This document shows, in pieces, positions 53,101 to 63,000 of a stretch of DNA of 64,000 bases. A model generated the notes under the pieces. It saw nothing but the letters and a program-made list of their open reading frames with translations, did no database searches and was not told the origin of the DNA. Position numbers and translations under genes: made by a program. How positions within the stretch are numbered: the first letter of the stretch is position 1; the number at the start of each line of letters is the position of its first letter. Source of the DNA: Eledone cirrhosa (lineage: Eukaryota); NCBI GenBank assembly GCA_964016885.1, contig OZ024752.1, forward strand, positions 16,740,001 to 16,804,000, in the 5' to 3' direction.

Positions 53101-54309
53101 TCACTCTGCTGTCAGCCGTGTGTGGTAGTCTCTCTAGGGGAAGGATCAATCTGATGTCAGCTGTGTGTGGTAGTCTGTCTAGGGGAAGGATCACTCTGAT
53201 GTCAGCCGTGTGTGGTAGTCTGTCTAGGGGAAGGATCACTCTGATGTCAGCTGTGTGTGGTACTCTGTCTAGGGGAAGGAGCATTCTGATGTCAGCTGTG
53301 TGTGGTAGTCTGTCTCGGGAAAGGATCACTCTGATGTCAGTCGTGTGTGGTAGTCTGTCTAGGGGAAGAATCACTCTGATGTCAGCCGTGTGTGGTAGTC
53401 TGTCTAGGGGAAGGATCACTCTGATGTCAGCTGTGTGTGGCAGTCTGTCTAGTGGAAGGATCACTCTGGTGTCAGCCGTGTGTGGTAGTCTCTCTAGGGG
53501 AAGGATCACTCTGATGTCAGCTGTGTGTGGTAGTCTGTCTAGGGCAAGGATCACTCTGATGTCAGCTGTGTGTGGCAGTCTGTCTAGGGGAAGGATCACT
53601 CTGATGTCAGCCGTGTGTGGTAGTCTGTCTAGGGGAAGGATCACTCTGATGTCAGCTGTGTGTGGTAGTCTGTCTAGGGGAAGGATCACTCTGATGTCAG
53701 CTGTGTGTGGTAGTCTGTCTCGGGGAAGGATCACTCTGATGTCAGCCGTGTGTGGTAGTCTGTCTAGGGGAAGGATCACTCTGATGTCAGTCATGTGTGG
53801 TAGTCTGTCTAGGGGAAGGATCACTCTGATGTCAGCTGTGTGTGGTAGTCTGTCTAGGGGAAGGATCACTATGATGTCAGCCGTGTGTGGTAGTCTGTCT
53901 AGGGGAAGGATCACTCTGATGTCAGTCATGTGTAGTAGTCTGTCTAGGGGAAGGATCACTCTGATGTCAGCCGTGTGTGGTAGTCCGTCTAGGGGAAGGA
54001 TCACTCTGATGTCAGTCATGTGTGGTAGTCTGTCTAGGGGAAGGATCACTCTGATGTCAGCTGTGTGTGGTAGTCTGTCTAGGGGAATGATTACTCTGAT
54101 GTCAGTCATGTGTAGTAGTCTGTGTAGGGGAAGGATCACTCTGATGTCAGCCGCGTGTGGTAGTCTGTCTAGGGGAAGGATCACTCTGATGTCAGCTGTG
54201 TGTGGTAGTCTGTCTAGGGGAAGGATCACTCTGATGTCAGCCGTGTGTGGTAGTCTTCTAAGGGAAGGATCACTCTGATGCCAGCCGTGTGTGGTAGCCT
54301 GTCTAACGG

Positions 54310-55410
54310 AAGGATCACTCTGATGTCAGCTGTGTGTGGCAGTCTGTCTAGGGGAAGGATCACTCTGATGTCAGCCGTGTGTGGTAGTCTGTCTAAGGGA
54401 AGGATCACTCTGATGTCAGCCGTGTGTGGTAGTCTGTCTAGGGGAAGGATCACTCTGATGTCAGCCGTGTGTGGTAGTCTGTCTAAGGGAAGGATCACTC
54501 TGATGTCAGCCGTGTCTGGTAGTCCGTCTAGGGGAAAGATCACTCTGATGTCAGCGGTGTGTGGTAGTCTGTCTAGGGGAAGGATCACTCTGATGTCAGC
54601 TGTGTGTGGTAGTCTGTCTAGGGGAAGGATCACTCTGATGTCAGCCGTGTTTGGTCGTCTGTCTAGGGGAAGGATCACTCTGATGTCAGCCGTGTGTGGT
54701 ATTCTGTCTAGAGCAAGGATAACTCCGATGTCAGCCGTGTGTGGTAGTCTGTCTAGGGGAAGAATCACTCTGATGTCAGCTGTGTGTAGTAGTCTGTCTA
54801 GGGGAAGGATCACTCTGATGTCAGCTGTGGGTGGCAGTCTGTCTAGGGGAAGGATCACTCTGATGTCAGCTGTGTGTGGCAGTCTGTCTAGGGGAAGGAT
54901 CACTCTGATGTCAGCCGTGTGTGGTAGTCTGTCTAAGGGAAGGATCACTCTGATGTCAGCCGTGTGTGGTAGTCTGTCTAGGGGAAGGATCACTCTGATG
55001 TCAGCCGTGTGTGGTAGTCTGTCTAAGGGAAGGATCACTCTGATGTCAGCCGTGTCTGGTAGTCCGTCTAGGGGAAAGATCACTCTGATGTCAGCGGTGT
55101 GTGGTAGTCTGTCTAGGGGAAGGATCACTCTGATGTCAGCTGTGTGTGGTAGTCTGTCTAGGGGAAGGATCACTCTGATGTCAGCCGTGTTTGGTCGTCT
55201 GTCTAGGGGAAGGATCACTCTGATGTCAGCCGTGTGTGGTATTCTGTCTAGAGCAAGGATAACTCCGATGTCAGCCGTGTGTGGTAGTCTGTCTAGGGGA
55301 AGAATCACTCTGATGTCAGCTGTGTGTAGTAGTCTGTCTAGGGGAAGGATCACTCTGATGTCAGCTGTGGGTGGCAGTCTGTCTAGGGGAAGGATCACTC
55401 TGATGTCAGC
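54310..55410. repeat. 540-bp (12-monomer) essentially perfect tandem duplication
   Basis: Sequence lines 54361-54840 are identical to 54901-55380. Markers TTGGTCGTCT, GGTATTCTGTCTAGAGC and GTGGGTGGC each occur twice, 540 bp apart. Confidence 0.92.
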
Positions 55411-56559
55411 CGTGTGTGGTAGTCTCTCTAGGGGAAGGATCACTCTGACGTCAGCTGTGTGTGGTAGTCTGTCTAGGGGAAGGATCACTCTGATGTCAGT
55501 TGTGTGTGGCAGTCATTCTAGGGGAAGGATCACTCTGATGTCAGCCGTGTGTGGTAGTCTGTCTAGGGGAAGGATCACTCTGATGTCAGCTGTGTGTGGT
55601 AGTCTGTCTAGGGGAAGGATCACTCTGATGTCAGCTGTGTGTGGTAGCCTGTCTAGGGGAAGGATCACTCTGATGTCAGCTGTGTGTGGTAGTCTGTCTA
55701 GGGGAAGGATCACTCTGATGTCAGCTGTGTGTGGTAGTCTGTCTAGGGGAAGGACCACTCTGATGTCAGCTGTGTGTGGTAGTCTGTCTCGGGGAAGGAT
55801 CACTCTGATGTCAGCCGTGTGTGGTAGTCTGTCTAGGGGAAGGATCACTCTGATGTCAGTCATGTGTGGTAGTCTGTCTAGGGGAAGGATCACTCTGATG
55901 TCAGCCGTGTGTGGTAGTCTGTCTCGGGGAAGGATCACTCTGATGTCAGTCGTGTGTGGTAGTCTGTCTAGTGGAAGGATCACCCTGATGTCAGCCGTGT
56001 GTGGTAGCCTGTCTAGGGGAAGGATCACTCTGATGTCAGCTGTGTGTGGTAGTCTGTCTAGGGGAAGGATAACTCTGATGTCAGCTGTGTGTGGTAGTCT
56101 GTCTCGGGGAAGGATCACTCTGATGTCAGCCGTGTCTGGTAGTCTGTCTAGGGGAAGGATCACTCTGATGTCAGTCATGTGTGGTAGTCTGTCTAGGGGA
56201 AGGATCACTCTGATGTCAGCTGTGTGTGGTAGTCTGTCTAGGGGAAGGATCACTCTGATGTCAGCCGTGTGTAGTAGTCTGTCTTGGGGAAGGATCACTC
56301 TGATGTCAGTCATGTGTAGTAGTCTGTCTAGGGGAAGGATCACTCTGATGTCAGCCGTGTGTGGTAGTCTGTCTAGGGGAAGGATCACTCTGATGTCAGC
56401 CGTGTGTGGTAGTCTCTCTAGGGGAAGGATCACTCTGATGTCAGCTGTGTGTGGTAGTCTGTCTAGGGGAAAGATCACTCTGATGTCAGTTGTGTGTGGC
56501 AGTCGTCTAGGGGAATGATCACTCTGATGTCAGCCGTGTGTGGTAGTCTGTCTAGGGGA

Positions 56560-59500
56560 AGGATCACTCTGATGTCAGCTGTGTGTGGTAGTCTGTCTAG
56601 GGGAAGGATAACTCTGATGTCAGCTGTGTGTGGTAGTCTGTCTAGGGGAAGGATCACTCTGATGTCAGCTGTGTGTGGTAGTCTGTCTAAGGGAAGGATC
56701 ACTCTGATGTCAGCTGTGTGTGGTAGTCTGTCTAGGGGAAGGACCACTCTGATATCAGCTGTGTGTGGTAGTCTGTCTCGGGGAAGGATCACTCTGATGT
56801 CAGTCGTGTGTGGTAGTCTGTCTAGGGGAAGGATAACTCTGATGTCAGCTGTGTGTGGTAGTCTGTCTCGGGGAAGGATCACTCTGATGTCATCTGTGTG
56901 TGGTAGTCAGTCTAGGGGAAGGATCACTCTGATGTCAGCCGTGTGTGGTAGTCTGTCTAGGGGAAGGATCACTCTGATGTCAGTCATGTGTAGTAGTCTG
57001 TCTAGGGGAAGGATCACTCTGATGTCAGCCGTGTGTGGTAGTCTGTCTACGGGAAGGATCACTCTGATATCAGCCGTGTGTGGTAGTCTGTCTAGGGGAA
57101 GGATCACTCTGATGTCTGCTGTGTGTGGTAGTCTGTCTAGGGGAAGGATCACCCTGATGTCAGCCGTGTGTGGTAGTCTGTCTAGGGGAAGGATCACTCT
57201 GATGTCAGCCGTGTGTGGTAGTCTGTCTAGGTGAAGGATCACCCTGATGTCAGCCGTGTGTGGGAGTTTGTCTCGGGGAAGCATCATTCTGATGTCAGCC
57301 ATGTGTGGTAGTCTGTTATGGGAAGGATCACTCTGATGTCAGCCGTGTGTGGCAGTCTAGCTAGGGGAAGGATCACTCTGATGTCAGTCGTGTGTGGTAG
57401 TCTGTCTCGGGGAAGGATCACTCTGATGTCAGTCGTGTGTGGTAGTCTGTCTAGGGGAAGGATAACTCTGATGTCAGCTGTGTGTGGTAGTCTGTCTAGG
57501 GAAAGGATCACTGTGATGTCAGCTGTGTGTGGTAGTCTGTCTAGGGGAAGGATCACTCTGATGTCAGCCGTGTGTGGTAGTCTGTCTAGGGGAAGGATCA
57601 TTCTGATGTCAGTCATGTGTGGTAGTCTGTCTAGGGGAAGGATCACTCTGATGTCAGCCGTGTGTGGTAGTCTGTATAGGGGAAGGATCACTCTGATGTC
57701 AGCTGTGTGGTAGTCTGTCTAGGGGAAGGATCACCCTGATGTCAGCCGTGTGTGGTAGTCTGTCTAGGGGAAGGATCACTCTGATGTCAGCTGTGTGTGG
57801 TAGTCTGTCTAGGGGAAGTATCACTCTGATGTCAGCTGTGTGTGGTAGTCTGTCTAGGGGAAGGATCACTCTGATGTCAGTCATGTGTAGTAGTCTGTCT
57901 AGGGGAAGGATCACTCTGATGTCAGCCGTGTGTGGTAGTCTGTCTAGGGGAAGGATAACTCTGAAGTAAGCTGTGTGTGGTAGTCTGTCTAAGGGAAGGA
58001 TCACTCTGATGTCAGCCGTGTGTGGTTGTCTATCTAGGGGAAGGATCACTCTGATGTCAGCCGTGTGTGGTAGTCTGTCTACGGGAAGGATCACTCTGAT
58101 GTCAGCTGTCTGTGGCAGTCTGTCTAGGGGAAGGATCACTCTGATGTCAGCCGTGTGTGGTAGTCTGTCTAAGGGAAGGATCACTCTGATGTCAGCCGTG
58201 TGTGGTAGACTGTCTAGCGGAAGGATCACTCTGATGTCAGCTGTGTGTGGTAGTCTGTCTAGGGGAAGGATAACTCTGATGTCAGCTGTGTGTGGTAGTC
58301 TGTCTAGGGGAAGGATCACTCTGATGTCAGCTGTGTGTGGTAGTCTGTCTAAGGGAAGGATCACTCTGATGTCAGCTGTGTGTGGTAGTCTGTCTAGGGG
58401 AAGGACCACTCTGATATCAGCTGTGTGTGGTAGTCTGTCTCGGGGAAGGATCACTCTGATGTCAGTCGTGTGTGGTAGTCTGTCTAGGGGAAGGATAACT
58501 CTGATGTCAGCTGTGTGTGGTAGTCTGTCTCGGGGAAGGATCACTCTGATGTCAGCCGTGTGTGGTAGTCTGTCTAGGGGAAGGATCACTCTGATGTCAG
58601 TCATGTGTGGTAGTCTGTCTAGGGGAAGGATCACTCTGATGTCATCTGTGTGTGGTAGTCAGTCTAGGGGAAGGATCACTCTGATGTCAGCCGTGTGTGG
58701 TAGTCTGTCTAGGGGAAGGATCACTCTGATGTCAGTCATGTGTAGTAGTCTGTCTAGGGGAAGGATCACTCTGATGTCAGCCGTGTGTGGTAGTCTGTCT
58801 AGGGGAAGGATCACTCTGATATCAGCCGTGTGTGGTAGTCTGTCTAGGGGAAGGATCACTCTGATGTCTGCTGTGTGTGGTAGTCTGTCTAGGGGAAGGA
58901 TCACCCTGATGTCAGCCGTGTGTGGTAGTCTGTCTAGGGGAAGGATCACTCTGATGTCAGCCGTGTGTGGTAGTCTGTCTAGGTGAAGGATCACCCTGAT
59001 GTCAGCCGTGTGTGGGAGTCTGTCTCGGGGAAGCATCATTCTGATGTCAGCCATGTGTGGTAGTCTGTTATGGGAAGGATCACTCTGATGTCAGCCGTGT
59101 GTGGCAGTCTAGCTAGGGGAAGGATCACTCTGATGTCAGTCGTGTGTGGTAGTCTGTCTCGGGGAAGGATCACTCTGATGTCAGTCGTGTGTGGTAGTCT
59201 GTCTAGGGGAAGGATAACTCTGATGTCAGCTGTGTGTGGTAGTCTGTCTAAGGGAAGGATCACACTGATGTCAGCCGTGTGTGGTAGTCTGTCTAGGAGA
59301 AGGATCACTCTGATGTCAGTCATGTGTGGTAGTCTGTCTAGGGAAAGGATCACTCTGATGTCAGCTGTGTGTGGTAGTCTGTCTAGGGGAAGGATCACTC
59401 TGATGTCAGCCGTGTGTGGTAGTCTGTCTAGGGGAAGGATCATTCTGATGTCAGTCATGTGTGGTAGTCTGTCTAGGGGAAGGATCACTCTGATGTCAGC

Positions 59501-60050
59501 CGTGTGTGGTAGTCTGTATAGGGGAAGGATCACTCTGATGTCAGCTGTGTGGTAGTCTGTCTAGGGGAAGGATCACCCTGATGTCAGCCGTGTGTGGTAG
59601 TCTGTCTAGGGGAAGGATCACTCTGATGTCAGCTGTGTGTGGTAGTCTGTCTAGGGGAAGTATCACTCTGATGTCAGCTGTGTGTGGTAGTCTGTCTAGG
59701 GGAAGGATCACTCTGATGTCAGTCATGTGTAGTAGTCTGTCTAGGGGAAGGATCACTCTGATGTCAGCCGTGTGTGGTAGTCTGTCTAGGGGAAGGATAA
59801 CTCTGAAGTAAGCTGTGTGTGGTAGTCTGTCTAAGGGAAGGATCACTCTGATGTCAGCCGTGTGTGGTTGTCTATCTAGGGGAAGGATCACTCTGATGTC
59901 AGCCGTGTGTGGTAGTCTGTCTACGGGAAGGATCACTCTGATGTCAGCTGTCTGTGGCAGTCTGTCTAGGGGAAGGATCACTCTGATGTCAGCCGTGTGT
60001 GGTAGTCTGTCTAAGGGAAGGATCACTCTGATGTCAGCCGTGTGTGGTAG
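56560..60050. repeat. ~1.75-1.84-kb tandem duplication
   Basis: ORF pairs 56907/58659 and 57284/59036 (offset 1752), then 57699/59541 and 57739/59581 (offset 1842, two extra monomers). Markers AGTCAGTCT, GTGGGAGT, GTATAGG and a 2-bp TG deletion. Confidence 0.87.
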
Positions 60051-63000
60051 TCTGTCTAGGGGAAGGATCACTCTGATGTCAGCCGTGTGTGGTAGTCTGT
60101 CTAAGGGAAGGATCACTCTGATGTCAGCTGTGTGTGGCAGTCTGTCTAGGGGAAGGATCACTCTGATATCAGCCGTGTGTGGTAGTCTGTCTAAGGGAAG
60201 GATCACTCTGATGTCAGCTGTGTGTGGCAGTCTGTCTCGGGGAAGGATCACTCTGATGTCAGCCGTGTGTGGTAGTCTGTGTAGGGGAAGGATCAATCTG
60301 ATGTCAGCTGTGTGTGGTAGTCTGTCTCGGGGAAGGATCACTCTGATGTCAGTCGTGTGTGGTAGTCTGTCTAGGGGAAGGATCACTCTGATGTCAGCTG
60401 TGTGTGGTAGTCTGTCTCGGGGAAGGATCACTCTGATGTTAGCCGTGTGTGGTAGTCTGTCTAGGGGAAGGATCACTCTGATGTCAGCTGTGTGTGGCAG
60501 TCTGTCTAGGGGAAGGATAACTCCGATGTCAGCCGTGTGTGGTAGTCTGTGTAGGGGAAGGATCAATCTGATGTCAGCTGTGTGTGGTAGTCTGTCTAGG
60601 GGAAGAATCACTCTGATGTCAGCCGTGTGTGGTAGTCTGTCTAGGGGAAGGAACACTCTGATGTCAGCTGTGTGAGGCAGTCTGTCTAGGGGAAGGATCA
60701 CTCTGCTGTCAGTCGTGTGTGGTAGTCTCTCTAGGGGAAGGATCACTCTGATGTCAGCTGTGTGTGGTAGTCTGTCTAGGGGAAGGATCACTCTGATGTC
60801 AGCTGTGTGTGGTAGTCTGTCTAGGGGAAGGACCACTCTGATGTCAGCTGTGTGTGGTAGTCTGTCTCGGGAAAGGATCACTCTGATGTCAGTCGTGTGT
60901 GGTAGTCTGTCTAGGGGAAGAATCACTCTGATGTCAGCCGTGTGTGGTAGTCTGTCTAGGGGAAGGATCACTCTGATGTCAGCTGTGTGTGGCAGTCTGT
61001 CTAGTGGAAGGATCACTCTGATGTCAGCCGTGTGTGGTAGTCTCTCTAGGGGAAGGATCACTCTGATGTCAGCTGTGTGTGGTAGTCTGTCTAGGGGAAG
61101 GATCACTCTGATGTCAGCTGTGTGTGGCAGTCTGTCTAGGGGAAGGATCACTCTGATGTCAGTCGTGTGTGGTAGTCTGTCTAGGGGAAGGATCACTCTG
61201 ATGTCAGCTGTGTGTGGTAGTCTGTCTAGGGGAAGGATCACTCTGATGTCAGCTGTGTGTGGTAGTCTGTCTAGGGGAAGGATCACTCTGATGTCAGCTG
61301 TGTGTGGTAGTCTGTCTCGGGGAAGGATCACTCTGATGTCAGCCGTGTGTGGTAGTCTGTCTAGGGGAAGGATCACTCTGATGTCAGTCATGTGTGGTAG
61401 TCTGTCAAGGGGAAGGATCACTCTGATGTCAGCTGTGTGTGGTAGTATGTCTAGGGGAAGGATCACTATGATGTCAGCCGTGTGTGGTAGTCTGTCTAGG
61501 GGAAGGATCACTCTGATGTCAGTCATGTGTAGTAGTCTGTCTAGGGGAAGGATCACTCTGATGTCAGCCGTGTGTGGTAGTCTGTCTAGGGGAAGGATCA
61601 CTCTGATGTCAGTCATTTGTGGTAGTCTGTCTAGGGGAAGGATCACTCTGATGTCAGCTGTGTGTGGTAGTCTGTCTAGGGGAATGATCACTCTGATGTC
61701 AGTCATGTGTAGTAGTCTGTGTAGGGGAAGGATCACTCTGATGTCAGCCGCGTGTGGTAGTCTGTCTAGGGGAAGGATCACTCTGATGTCAGCTGTGTGT
61801 GGCAGTCTGTCTAGGGGAAGGATCACTCTGATGTCAGCCGTGTGTGGTAGTCTGTCTAAGGGAAGGATCACTCTGATGTCAGCCGTGTGTGGTAGTCTGT
61901 CTAGGGGAAGGATCACTCTGATGTCAGCCGTGTGTGGTAGTCTGTCTAAGGGAAGGATCACTCTGATGTCAGCCGTGTGTGGTAGTCTGTCTAGGGGAAG
62001 GATCACTCTGATGTCAGCCGTGTGTGGTAGTCTGTCTATGGGAAGGATCACTCTGATGTCAGCCGTGTGTGGTAGTCTGTCTAGGGGAAGGATCACTCTG
62101 ATGTCAGCTGTGTGTGGCAGTCTGTCTAGGGGAAGGATCACTCTGATGTCAGCCGTGTGTGGTAGTCTCTCTAGGGGAAGGATCACTATTATGTCAGCTG
62201 TGTGTGGACGTCTGTCTAGGGGAAGGATCACTCTGATGTCAGCCGTGTCTGGTAGTCCGTCTAGGGGAAAGATCACTCTGATGTCAGCGGTGTGTGGTAG
62301 TCTGTCTAGGGGAAGGATCACTCTGATGTCAGCTGTGTGTGGTAGTCTGTCTAGGGGAAGGATCACTCTGATGTCAGCCGTGTTTGATAGTCTGTCTAGG
62401 GGAAGGATCACTCTGATGTCAGCCGTGTGTGGTAGTCTGTCTAGAGCAAGGATAACTCCGATGTCAGCCGTGTGTGGTAGTCTGTCTAGGGGAAGAATCA
62501 CTCTGATGTCAGCTGTGTGTAGTAGTCTGTCTAGGGGAAGGATCACTCTGATGTCAGCTGTGTGTGGTAGTCTGTCTCGGGGAAGGATCACTCTGATGTC
62601 AGCCGTGTGTGGTAGTCTGTCTAGGGGAAGGATCACTCTGATGTCAGCCGTGTGTGGTAGTCTGTCTAAGGGAAGGATCACTCTGATGTCAGCTGTGTGT
62701 GGCAGTCTGTCTAGGGGAAGGATCACTCTGATGTCAGCCGTGTGTGGTAGTCTGTGTAGGGGAAGGATCAATCTGATGTCAGCTGTGTGTGGTAGTCTGT
62801 CTCGGGGAAGGATCACTCTGATGTCAGTCGTGTGTGGTAGTCTGTCTAGGGGAAGGATCACTCTGATGTCAGCTGTGTGTGGTAGTCTGTCTCGGGGAAG
62901 GATCACTCTGATGTCAGCCGTGTGTGGTAGTCTGTCTAGGGGAAGGATCACTCTGATGTCAGCTGTGTGTGGCAGTCTGTCTCGGGGAAGGATAACTCCG

